A DNA stretch of 64,000 bases from Eledone cirrhosa (Eukaryota), in assembly GCA_964016885.1 (NCBI GenBank), contig OZ024758.1:25854001-25918000 (forward strand), given 5' to 3'. Positions 1-11,472 of this stretch are shown here, piece by piece. Both the position numbers and the translations under genes were made by a program. Under the pieces are notes generated by a model. That model did no database searches and was not told the DNA's origin. It worked only from the letters and a program-made list of their open reading frames with translations. Each line of letters begins with the position of its first letter. The stretch's first letter is position 1.

Positions 1-203
1 TAACAGCAATAGTAGTAGCAGTATTTCTAATAAAGGAAGCTGAGCTGAGTTATGATAGAACTAAGTTGACCCAGGAACTAACATTTGCTCACAAGAAATC
101 TGGAACCAACCGTTTCAAAATCATCTTTGGTGGAGTAAACGTTTATCATTGAAGTGTCACAAAACAAAAAATAACAAAAACCATGTACCAATATACCACC
201 ATC

Positions 204-1584
204 TCATCATCATCATCATCATCGTTTAACGTCCATATTCCACGCTTGCATGGGTTTGGACGGGAGTTTTCCCACTTGAGGCAAGAGTGGTTGTCATTGC
301 TCGCATAGGACTGTCTGGCGGGTTTTCTACGGCTGGATGCCTTTCCTAACACCAACCACATTTACAGTATGGGGCTGGGAGGTTTTTACCGTGTTACCTA
401 CACGGCCACATTACAGCGTGGACTGTCTGGCGGGTTTTCTACGGCTGGATGCCCTTCCTAACACCAACCACATTTACAGTGTGGGGCTGGGAGGTTTTTA
501 CCGTGTTACCTACACGGCCACATTACAGCGTGGACTGTCTGGCGGGTTTTCTACGGCTGGATGCCCTTTCTAACACCAACCACATTTACAGTGTGGACTG
601 GGAGGTTTTTACCGTGTTACCTACACGGCCACATTACAGCGTGGACTGTCTGGCGGGTTTTCTACGGCTGGATGCCCTTCCTAACACCAACCACATTTAC
701 AGTGTGGACTGGGAGGTTTTTACCGTGTTACCTACACAGCCACATTACAGCGTGGACTGTCTGGCGGGTTTTCTACGGCTGGATGCCCTTTCTAACACCA
801 ACCACATTTACAGTGTGGACTGGGAGGTTTTTACCGTGTTACCTACACAGCCACATTACATCGTGGACTGTCTGGCGGGTTTTATACGGCTGGATGCCCT
901 TCCTAACACCAACCACATTTCATTTACAGTGTGGACTGGGAGGTTTTTACCGTGTTGCCTACACAGCCACATTACAGCGTGGACAGTCTGGCAGGTTTTA
1001 TACGGCTGGATGCCCTTCCTAACACCAACCACATTTCATTTACAGTGTGGACTGGGAGGTTTTTACCGTGTTGCCTACACAGCCACATTACAGCGTGGAC
1101 TGTCTGGCGGGTTTTCTACGGCTGGATGCCCTTCCTAACACCAACCACATTTACAGTGTGGGGCTGGGAGGTTTTTACCGTGTTGCCTACACGGCCACAT
1201 TACAGCGTGGACTGTGTGGCGGGTTTTCTACGGCTGGATGCCCTTCCTAACACCAACCACATTTACAGTGTGGACTGGGAGGTTTTTACCGTGTTACCTA
1301 CACAGCCACATTACAGCGTGGACTGTCTGGCGGGTTTTATACGGCTGGATGCCCTTCCTAACACCAACCACATTTACAGTGTGGGACTGGGAGGTTTTTA
1401 CCGTGTTACCTACACAGCCACATTACAGCGTGGACTGTGTGTTTTTTTGTCGTGACACCTACACGACCTCATTTGTTTCGGGCTGGATGTTGTGGCACCA
1501 ACATAACTTTACATTGAAAGGGGTGGTGTGGATGGGCTGGGGTAGTGGGACGGGGGTGTATTTTGTTAGAGGTGCCTACTGACT
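204..1584 (-). mobile_element. Non-autonomous RTE-tailed retroelement with an internal ~111-bp tandem expansion
   Basis: (CAT)n tail at 204-223. Reverse-complement match to the single-unit copy at 8982-9347, with the same 5' terminus (AGTCAGTAGGCACCTC). Confidence 0.8.
308..1440. repeat. Minisatellite, ~10 x 111-116 bp
   Basis: GTGGACTGTCTGGCGGG recurs near 418, 530, 641, 752, 863, 979, 1095, 1207, 1318 and 1430 with minor variants. Confidence 0.95.
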
Positions 1585-1596
1585 CAATCTAACTAA

Positions 1597-1781
1597 AATC
1601 GTTTCTACTTTTGGCACAAGGCCAGCAATTATCCCAGTGCATTACTGGTACTTTATTTTATCGACCCCGTAAGGATGAAAGGCAAAGTTAACCTCGGTGG
1701 GATTTGAACTCAGATCGTAAAGGGACGTAACTCTATGCTTCAAAGCATGGCGCCCGACCCTCTACCGATACTGCCAATCCA
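1597..1781 (-). mobile_element. tRNA-derived SINE, family B
   Basis: B-box GTTCAAATCC on the minus strand, body TTTGCCTTTCATCCTTACGGGGTCGATAAA, 3' end GTAGAAAC(A/G)ATT. More than 20 copies in the window. Confidence 0.85.
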
Positions 1782-1838
1782 ACTATAATGAAGCACTGTC
1801 AATCAAACTTGAGCGGTGACATGATTGTGAATATTTAA

Positions 1839-2045
1839 CCCTTTAGCATTTACATTACTCTATGTATACTATTGTGTTTTCACGGTAAAGGCTTTATCTC
1901 ACATAATATCGAATCTATGAGATTTTGATATTATTTATTTGGAGAACAATACCTTAACGTCAGTATGAGCAGCTGGTTACAGCCAGTTTGAGCAGAAAGA
2001 GGTGAGAGAATTCTGGTCAGATATGGCTGGTTTAAATCTAAAGGA
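1839..2045 (+). mobile_element. piggyBac-type MITE (~207 bp)
   Basis: TTAA on both sides. Family TIR CCCTTTAGCATTTA...TAAATGCTAAAGGG (right end degenerate here). About 9 copies in the window. Confidence 0.85.
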
Positions 2046-2426
2046 TTAAACATGGCTATTTCCCCGATGGTATCAGGGTTGTCTTCTTTCCTATTTACTA
2101 AAAACTTTGATCTTCGTTACATTTAATCTGAGCCCTTCTGGTTCTAGGTTTTACTTCAGCTGGAGTTTCTTCTCTAGATCTTCCATAGATTCAGCTATAA
2201 GAGCTGGGTCAACAGCATACAAAAATTCCTGTGGATTTGAACTGCACTGTATATTAATATATAATTGCTTCTACTTTAGGCACAAGGCCAGCAATTATCC
2301 AGTACATTACTGGTACTTTATTTTATCGACCCCGTAAGGATGAAAGGCAAAGTTAACCGTCTAACCCATGCTAGCGTGGAAGATGGACATTAAACGATGA
2401 TGACGATGATGATGATATATATATAA

Positions 2427-2806
2427 GGAGGCGCATGGCTTAGTGGTTAGAGCATTAGCCTTGCAATCGAAAGGTTGTGAGTTCAATTCTTGGACAGGGT
2501 GATGTGTTGTTTCCTTGAGCAAGACACTTTATTTCACATTGCTCCAGTTTACTCAGCTGTAGAAATGAGATGAAATGAGATGATAGGGACCCCAGTCCCT
2601 ATCATCTCATTTCTACAGTGGAATGATAGGGACTGGGGTCCCTATCATTCCACTGCAAAGTGATCATGTAGGTGCCACGGCAAAAAGCACCCAGCACTCA
2701 CTGTAAATGAGGTTGGTGTTAGGAAGGGCATCCAGCCAGAATCAGTTCCCGCCCCACCCTTGCAAGCAGGGAAAAAGCGGACGTAAAATGAAATGATGAT
2801 GATGAT
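2427..2806 (+). mobile_element. tRNA-head SINE, family A (CORE-like body, RTE 3' tail)
   Basis: A-box TGGCTTAGTGG, B-box GAGTTCAATTC, CCTTGAGCAAGACACTTTA, and tail CCTTGCAAGCAGGGAAAAAGCGGACGTAAAATGA(TGA)n. Confidence 0.9.
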
Positions 2807-2809
2807 ATA

Positions 2810-3006
2810 TACAATATATACTCAATATATACACAAATATAAGCCAAGGAATGTGACCAAAGAAAATCGATGGTAAAATGGAGGAGGTCAGCTTATATAG
2901 GTCATCTAAACAATGTGTTATTTAGAGGCCTCAGTTTATAAATGGGGTTTGGATTTTTGCCTGTTTCTTATATATAAAGTGGGGTGGCTTATATTCAACT
3001 ATTTAT

Positions 3007-3010
<4 letters not shown>
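2810..3010. mobile_element. Degenerate Tc1/mariner (Tc2/pogo-like) MITE
   Basis: TIR-like AAATATAAGCC...GGCTTATATTC ending in GGTA. Related copy at 63721-63917. Confidence 0.55.
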
Positions 3011-3048
<38 letters not shown>

Positions 3049-3052
<4 letters not shown>

Positions 3053-3297
3053 GGAGGTGAGTTTTATTGTAGTACAATAAAGCAATGCAGATATCGGATA
3101 AGAAGCACTCTACAGTTTGTGGGACTGGAGTATGCATAATATAAGATCAAAAGATGGTTAAAGGAGTTCCATATATTTTATTATGCGCATTTCAAAAACA
3201 AACATCATCAAACAATAATATTTGTGTTTTCATCAGATAAAACAGGAGAACATGATATGAAGGCTAAAAAACACTTGTTGATAGTGCAGTTTTAAAT

Positions 3298-3304
<7 letters not shown>
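3049..3304 (-). mobile_element. ~255-nt hammerhead-bearing element (Penelope pLTR- or retrozyme-like), solo copy in (TA)n
   Basis: Near-identical to the reverse complement of 46513-46767 and flanked by (TA)n on both sides. Confidence 0.8.
3174..3244 (-). ncRNA. Type I hammerhead ribozyme
   Basis: UGUUUUAU-CUGAUGA-[36-nt stem II]-GAAA-UGCGCA-UA^-AUAAAAUA. 8-bp stem I and minimal palindromic stem III. Confidence 0.8.
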
Positions 3305-3333
<29 letters not shown>

Positions 3334-3605
3334 GGGGTATTAGAATACTGTTGAAGTGTGTATACATGTTTTAGGACACCCTGTATATATATATATATAT
3401 ATATATAATGTTGAGCAATTAAAATTGGTAGTTGCAACTATTTTAACAGCTGCACCAAAATCACTCCCCATCTTTGTCTCTCTCTCCCTTTTCCTTTCTC
3501 TTTCTCACTCTTTTTGTCTCTCTCTCTCTCTCATATTCAGTTGTCAAGTTGATGAGGGAATTAGCACATGTTTGTGTTTATTTTAAGTCTATGTGGGCAT
3601 TCTAG

Positions 3606-3915
3606 AATACATACATACATATATACATTTACATACATACATACATATATACATCTATACATACACATATATACATTTACATACATATATACATACACAT
3701 AGATACATACATATATACATTTACATACATACATATATACATTTACATACATATATATATATATACATACACATAGATACATACATATATACATTTACAT
3801 GCATACATATATACATTTACATACATACATATATACATTTACATACATACATATATACATTTACATACATACATATATATATATATATATACATATATAC
3901 ATACATATATACATT

Positions 3916-3955
<40 letters not shown>

Positions 3956-3975
3956 TACATTTACATACATACATT

Positions 3976-4007
<32 letters not shown>

Positions 4008-4108
4008 TATATATACATATATACATTTACATACATACATTTACATACATACATACATACATACATATATACATACACATAGATACATACATACATACAT
4101 ACACACAC
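3606..4108. repeat. Compound (TACA/TA)n microsatellite
   Basis: Direct inspection. Confidence 0.95.
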
Positions 4109-4167
4109 CCACTCACATCACAGTAGAAGGATTACACAGTGAGTGACACTAAATTGCCACAACATAA

Positions 4168-4620
4168 ATAATTGTTTCTACTTTTGGCACAAGGCCAGCA
4201 ATTACCCCAGTGTATTACTGGTACTTTAGTTCATCGACCCCGTAAGGATGAAAGGCAAAGTTAACCTCGGCGGGATTTGAACTCAGACCATAAAGGGCCG
4301 TAACTCTTTGCTGCAAAATGGTTTCTACAGTAACTCTATGCCACAAAGCATGATGTCCAATGCTCTACCGATTCTGCCAATCCACCACCCTAATAATTGC
4401 TTCTACATTTGGCACAAAGCCAGCAATTTGAAGGAAAGGGGAGGGCAAAGTTGACTAAATCAACCCCAGTGTATTACTGGTACTTTATTTTATCGACCCC
4501 CCCCCCCCCCCGTAAGGATGAATGGCAGGCAAAGCTAACCTCAGCAGGATTTGAACTCGGAACGTAAAGGGCCGTAACTCTATGCTGCAAAGCATGGTGT
4601 CTGGCGCTCTACCGATACTG
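4168..4620 (-). mobile_element. Two adjacent family-B SINEs
   Basis: Two bodies, each with GGATTTGAACTC (B-box complement). Confidence 0.8.
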
Positions 4621-4798
4621 GTAACCATATCAGTAGTTATATTAAATTTATACCATGTAAGAAATACCTTTGTTATACTAGTATCAACAATACAATTGAT
4701 ATATAGTCGTTTGTTTGTTTTTTTTTTGTTTTTTTAATAGATCGTTGTTTTGATATTTGTTTGTTTTGTTTTTAATTTTTGTTCTGATTTTTCTAATC

Positions 4799-4846
4799 CA
4801 CCACCACCACCACCACCACCACCACCACCACCACCACCACCACCAC
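4799..4846. repeat. (CCA)n microsatellite
   Basis: Direct inspection. Confidence 0.95.
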
Positions 4847-5147
4847 AAAAAAAAAATCGATTTTATTGGTAGGGTTAATTTTTATTGTCTTTGATAATTT
4901 CAGACACATTTTTATGAAGAAAAAAAAAAAAAGAAATATTTACAAAAATTAAAACATTTCTTTCAAAACGAAAAAAAATAAACCCTGGCCTCCTACTCCA
5001 CTCTTCTCAATAAACTAAGGAAGGAAATTGGTTATGGTTGCATGAGATGCTAGAAATAGCAGCCATACCTTTCTCTTGTAAAAAAAAACAAAAAAAACGA
5101 TAAGATAGGTTTGATAATGTAGCCTTAGATGGCTCTTGAGACATAAT

Positions 5148-5520
5148 TGTTTCTATTTTTGGCACAAGGCCAGCAATTACCCAGTGTATTACTGGTACTT
5201 TATTTTATCGAACCCGTAAGGATGAAAGGCAAAGTTAAACACGGCGGGATTTGAACTCAGAATGGCAAGGGCTCGACCCTCTACCGATACTGCCAATCCA
5301 CCGCCCTTATGTTTATTATAATTGTTTCTACGTTAGGCACAAGGCCAGCAATAACCCAGTGTATTACTGGTACTTTATTTTATCGACCCCCGTAAGGATG
5401 AAAGGCAAGGCAAAGTCAACCTCGGCGGGATTTGAACTCAGAATGGCAAGGGCCGTAACTCTATGCGTCAAAGCATGGTGTCCGACCCTCTACCGATACT
5501 GCCAATCCACCGCCCTTATA
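5148..5520 (-). mobile_element. Family-B SINE dimer with one 10-bp TSD
   Basis: GAGACATAAT at 5138-5147 and 5521-5530 flanks two tandem SINEs. Confidence 0.8.
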
Positions 5521-6355
5521 GAGACATAATGGTCATAGATGGAGTGTCTTTGACTGTTTGGCCAAGGCTGGCTTGAGGCTAAACAAAGAAATAAAAAAAA
5601 AACAAGCCAAAAAAAAGGGGGGGGGGAGATAAAAAAAAAAAAAAAAAAAAAATAAAGATACAATATGCTTTTGTGTTATAATCTTATAGCGTGGCTGGGT
5701 TAATGGAGGAGGTGAGTTGTTGCTACTACATCTGTCACAAGGTCATGAACTTTCCATTGCAGCTCCCTCCACAACAACAATTGAGCAGTGTGAGTAAGCT
5801 CTCCCCCTGTTACGGTTAATATACGAGGCCGGCGTCGAATTGGAATGTAATTTGCAGTAGTCATTCTGGTGCTCTGTGCTCTGAGTTCTGAGTTCAAATC
5901 CCGTTGTGGTCAAGTAACCTAAACCTTGCCTTGCCTTTCATCCCCTTTCGAGGTCGCTAAAAAAACGTACCAGGGGTCGATTTTTTTCCTCTATACCCCC
6001 TCCTCTCTCTCCCCCTCTCTCTCTCTCTGGAAGAAATCGTCTGTGTTCAGACATAGAGAGAGGACAAGTTCAGCTTGGTTTAAAACGCTCATGACATGTC
6101 ATATGCCACGACAGCAGCGCCCCCTACAACTCCATCAGGAATTATAGGTAAAAGGAAATATATGAGACAAGAAGAGAGAAAGAAAAAAAGAAAGAGAGAG
6201 CCCGTGGGTTCGGTGCAAGATTACCATAGGGGTTAGAGGGGGGGGGGGGCAACAAATAACATACAAGGTCAGACCAAATAACATTGGCTTTATTTGACAT
6301 AGGAGAGACATAATCACTATGTAATGTAGTAGAGGAAATATAGATGTGTGTGTGA

Positions 6356-6356
<1 letters not shown>

Positions 6357-6394
<38 letters not shown>

Positions 6395-6705
6395 GTGGGG
6401 GAGAGAGGAGAGAGAGAGATGGGGGGAGAGAGAGGAGAGAGAGATGGAGGAGAGGAGAGAGAGATAGAGGAGAGGAGAGAGAGAGATAGAGGAGAGTGGG
6501 AGAGGAGAGAGAGATGGGGAGAGAGAGGAGAGATAGGAGAGAGATGGGGAGAGGGAGATAAAGAGATGGGGAGATAGAGAGAAAGAGAAATGGAGTACAG
6601 AGAGAGAGAAAGAGATGGGGGGAGAGAGAGAGAAAGAGAAATGGAGTACAGAGAGAGGCAAAGAGATGGAGTAGAGAGATGGCAGAGACACAGAGAGAGA
6701 GAAAT
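6357..6705. repeat. Polypurine (GA)-rich tract
   Basis: Almost pure purine strand over ~350 bp. Confidence 0.9.
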
Positions 6706-6924
6706 GGAGGAATAACTGGCTTTAATATCTGACCCCTAAAAAGATGAAATGTCTAGTTGACTCAACAGGATCTGAACTCAGGGTAAAAGTTCAGGTGAAG
6801 AAAGTTCTACCAACAAAGTTTCAAGCGCAATGTAGTTCCACTTTCAGCAACAAATACCAGGTATAATCTATACAGTATTAAGAATGATATGTGTCTTATA
6901 GATGCAGAAGTCTATTGTATGAAT

Positions 6925-7180
6925 GTGTGGCTTAGTGGTTAGAGAATTGGATTCGCAATCGTGAGGTTGTGAGTTTGATTCCTGGACTGGGCGATGCGTT
7001 ATCTCCATGAGCAAGGCACTTTATTTCGCGTTGCTCCTTCTGCTAGGAGTTGTGACCAGTAGCTAGTATCAGTAATTGAAAGACCAATGGAAACATTGTT
7101 TTCTTGGTCTGATTTGATGAGTTCCACCCCACTTGGTAGTAAATGAGGTCTGCGATCCTGTCGGTCGATTGGATAAAATT
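6925..7180 (+). mobile_element. tRNA-head SINE with a different body (family C)
   Basis: Head like family A. Body GAAAGACCAATGGAAACATTGTT is shared with a minus-strand copy at ~19500-19770. Confidence 0.7.
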
Positions 7181-7878
7181 TCATCATCATCATCATAGTT
7201 TAACGTCCCCTTTCCACGCTAGCATGGGTTAGACGGGTTGTCCTATTTGAAGTAAGTTGGGTCAGGTGACCGTGTCCTGCCCATAAACTGTTTCCGGCTA
7301 GATTTCTACAGCTGGATGCCCTTCCTAATGCCAACCACATTTACATATGCATTACTTGCTTGCTTGATGATAATTTCATTGGAAATAGGATTTTTTGCTG
7401 CTACAAACATCACAAATTTGAGCTTGTGTGATCCATAGATCTTGCCACTGAATGTCACTGGTCACAGGCTGGTGATAGGAAGGATATCCAGCCATAGAAA
7501 CCCTGTCAAACTAATAGTAGGGAAGACAATTCAGCTATGTCAAAAACATGACAACTTCCCCAGTGTTGGTGCCAGGATAAAATGTAGGATCGTAAGTTAG
7601 ACCTCCAGCCCACCGGGAGATCAGAGGTGTCACCTGAGTACTAATTGGACACTGATGACATGTTAAAATCTGGCTATCAGGGTAAACAGCCGTTAAATGT
7701 TGATGATAGTGATGATGATGATGATGATGTGTATATATATATACTGGCATGAAATGGTCATGTCATTATAGTCTGTTCTTATTTCAAGTTTTGCACAATT
7801 TCTAAAAATGGCTGCCCTCCCTAACAGCAACCACTTTATTATATATAAACATATATACATATTTATATATATATATAT

Positions 7879-8070
7879 GAAAATGTTTAACCCTGACGGC
7901 AGAGCTCAAGCCGTTTCAACGACTATTTCTGGAGTCCCGAAATAACTGTCAAAACGGCTTGAGCTCTGCCGTCGGGGTTAAACATTTTCCTATTACCCAC
8001 TCTACTACCCTAAGTATTGAGTACTCTGGTGCATTATGGTCCATCCAGTTCCTTACCACACTTCCTTCGT
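7879..8070 (+). mobile_element. Fold-back element (38-bp arms plus 3' tail) with a partial hammerhead, in (TA)n
   Basis: Arms 7879-7916 and 7952-7989. GAAA-CGGC-UUGAGCUCU-GCCG-UC stem III and cleavage motif. Confidence 0.65.
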
Positions 8071-8101
<31 letters not shown>

Positions 8102-8444
8102 GCATTCAGCTGTAGAAATCAAGCCAGAATCAGTTCCTGTATGAGCAAGGCATGGTCAGCTGACTGGACACTGCTCACAACAGGACAACCCGTCTAACCC
8201 ATGCTAGCATGGAAGAACGGACGTAATACGGTGATGATGATGATGATGATGATGATACTGCCACTCACACACACATCATCATTGTTTAACATCTACTTTC
8301 CATGCTACCATGGATAGGACGAACTGTCCTGATGTGAGAGATCCAGGTCGGAGGACCATGATTTGCTCAAACAGGAACTGCTTTTCGCTTGGTTTCTATA
8401 ACTGGATGCCTTTCCTAATGCCAACCATATATATATATATATAT

Positions 8445-8713
8445 CATCATCTTACGTCTGCTTTTCCCTGCTTGCAAGGGTGGGACGGGAACTGATTCTG
8501 GCTTGATTTCTACAGCTGGATGCCCTTCCTAACACCAACCTCATTTACAGTGAGTGCTGGGTGCCTTGCAGTGGAATGATAAGGACCCCTGTCCCTATCA
8601 TCTCATTTCTACAGCTGAGTAAACTGGACCAATGTGAAATAAAGTGTCTTGCTCAAGGAAACAACACATCACCCGGTCTGAAAATTGAACTCACAACCTT
8701 TCGATTGCAAGCC
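8445..8713 (-). mobile_element. Family-A SINE (5'-truncated)
   Basis: Matches the other family-A copies. Confidence 0.85.
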
Positions 8714-8975
8714 TGAGGGATCAGATGTTGTTTACTCGAGAGAAGACTACATTGGTATGGTCACGTGATACGCTTGGAAGACGACAGGTGTATAAAGAAG
8801 TGCAGGGCTATAAAAATAGACGGTAGCCACGGAGTAAGCAGATCCAGAAAAACCTGGGACGACTTGATAAATTCCGACCTCACACACTTACACCTCTCAA
8901 AGACAATGTCACTGGACCGAGATCTTTGGTACTACACAGTAATACAGAAGACCCGCCTTGCCTAAGTACAAAGCG
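8714..8975 (+). pseudogene. RTE LINE 3' fragment (divergent subfamily)
   Basis: Translates ERRLHWYGHVIRLEDDRCIKKC...RSRKTWDDLI, an RTE ORF C-terminus. Confidence 0.85.
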
Positions 8976-8981
8976 AAACCT

Positions 8982-9347
8982 AGTCAGTAGGCACCTCTTA
9001 ACAAAAATACACCCCCATCCCACAACCCCCACAACATCCACACCGCCCCTTTCAATGTAAAGTTATGTTGGTGCCACAACATCCAGTCCGAAATAAATGA
9101 GGTCATATAGGTGTCACAACAAAAAAACACACAGTCCACGCTGTAATGTGGCCGTGTAGGTAACACGGTAAAAACCTCCCAGTCCACACTGTAAATGTGG
9201 TTGGTGTTAGGATGGGCATCCAGCCGTAGAAAACCTGCCAGACATCCTATGCGAGCAAGACAACCACTTTTGCCTCAAGTGGGAAAACTCCCGTCCAAAC
9301 CCATGCAAGCGTGGAAGATGGACGTTAAACGATGATGATGATGATGA
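8982..9347 (+). mobile_element. Non-autonomous RTE-tailed element, single-unit copy
   Basis: Same family as 204-1584, with a (GAT)n tail. Confidence 0.8.
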
Positions 9348-9534
9348 TATATATATATCGCTAAACACACGTGTATGTGTATGTGCAACATATATGTATG
9401 TGTGCAGAAATGAGTGCACATACAAGAAAAATAGACAGACAGTACAAACATGCATAATTAAAGGCTAAGCTAACAGTAACCATAGAAACCACATTAGACA
9501 TGAAATTGTAGGAAGATTATCTGACACACATACA

Positions 9535-10323
9535 TCATATATATGTATATAATATATATATATACACACATACACATATATACACATACATATATATATA
9601 TACACACACATATATATATATACACATACATATATATATATACACATATATATATATATACACATATATATATATATACACATATATATATATATACACA
9701 TACATATATATATATATATACACATACATATATATATATGTATACACATACATATATATATATATATACACATATATATATATACACATACATATATATA
9801 TATATATACACATACATATATATATATGTATACACATACATATATATATATATATACACATATATATATATATACACATACATATATATATATATATACA
9901 CATATATATATATATACATATATATATATACATATATATATACACATACATATATATATATATACACACATATATATATATATATACATATACACACATA
10001 TATATATATATACATATATATATACACATACATATATATATATATACACACATATATATATATACATATATATATACACATACATATATATATATATATA
10101 TACACACACATATATATATATATATACACACATATATATATATATATACACACACATATATATATATATATACACACACATATATATATATATATACACA
10201 CATATATATATATATGTACACATACATATATATATATATACACATACATATATATATATATACACATACATATATATATATATATATATACACATACATA
10301 TATATATATATATATACACATAC

Positions 10324-10354
<31 letters not shown>

Positions 10355-10386
10355 TATATATACACATATATATATACACATACACT

Positions 10387-10418
<32 letters not shown>

Positions 10419-10473
10419 CATATATATATATATACACATACATATATATATATACACATATATATATACACAT

Positions 10474-10524
<51 letters not shown>

Positions 10525-10877
10525 CACATATACACACACATATATATACACATACACGCACACACACACACATATATATACACATACATATATATACACA
10601 CCACATTTATATATACATACATATATATATACACACACATACATATATATATATATACACACATCATACATATATATATATACACATATATATATATATA
10701 TACACACACATATATATATATATATACACACACATATATATATATATATACACACATATATATATATATGTACACATACATATATATATATATACACATA
10801 CATATATATATATATACACATACATATATATATATATATATATACACATACATATATATATATATATATACACATAC

Positions 10878-10908
<31 letters not shown>

Positions 10909-10940
10909 TATATATACACATATATATATACACATACACT

Positions 10941-10972
<32 letters not shown>

Positions 10973-11027
10973 CATATATATATATATACACATACATATA
11001 TATATATACACATATATATATACACAT

Positions 11028-11078
<51 letters not shown>

Positions 11079-11290
11079 CACATATACACACACATATATA
11101 TACACATACACGCACACACACACACATATATATACACATACATATATATACACACCACATTTATATATACATACATATATATATACACACACATACATAT
11201 ATATATATATACACACATCATACATATATATATATACACATACATATATATATATACACACACATACATATATATATACACACATACACA
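9535..11290. repeat. 1.75-kb (TA/CA)n microsatellite containing a 554-bp tandem duplication
   Basis: Landmark words CACTTATA, CACGCACA and CACCACATTTA each recur 554 bp apart. Confidence 0.9.
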
Positions 11291-11298
11291 TATCTATA

Positions 11299-11400
11299 CA
11301 CGGTGTCCCCCCAAAAATGTATACTCACTTCAACAGCACTCTAATAAATATTGCCTGTACAGGTAATCAAAGTGCGTATACATTTTTTTAGGACATCCTG
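11299..11400. mobile_element. Tc1/mariner-type MITE
   Basis: TA-flanked TIR CA(C/G)G(G/A)TGTCC..AAAATGTATAC. Relatives at ~3331-3384 and ~17718-17805. Confidence 0.7.
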
Positions 11401-11413
11401 TATATATATAAAC

Positions 11414-11467
<54 letters not shown>

Positions 11468-11472
<5 letters not shown>

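Noticed and set aside
3-152. Open plus-strand frame TAIVVAVFLIKEAEL...GGVNVYH*
   Set aside because: Short, truncated by the window edge, and with no recognisable similarity.
2427-2500. tRNA genes at SINE heads
   Set aside because: A and B boxes are present, but there is no full cloverleaf and the sequence runs into SINE bodies.
9465-11391. Long Y/I/H/T/C/V-rich ORFs (also 3.6-4.1, 15, 18, 35, 46 and 52 kb)
   Set aside because: Translations of (TA/CA)n microsatellites that lack stop codons, not proteins.
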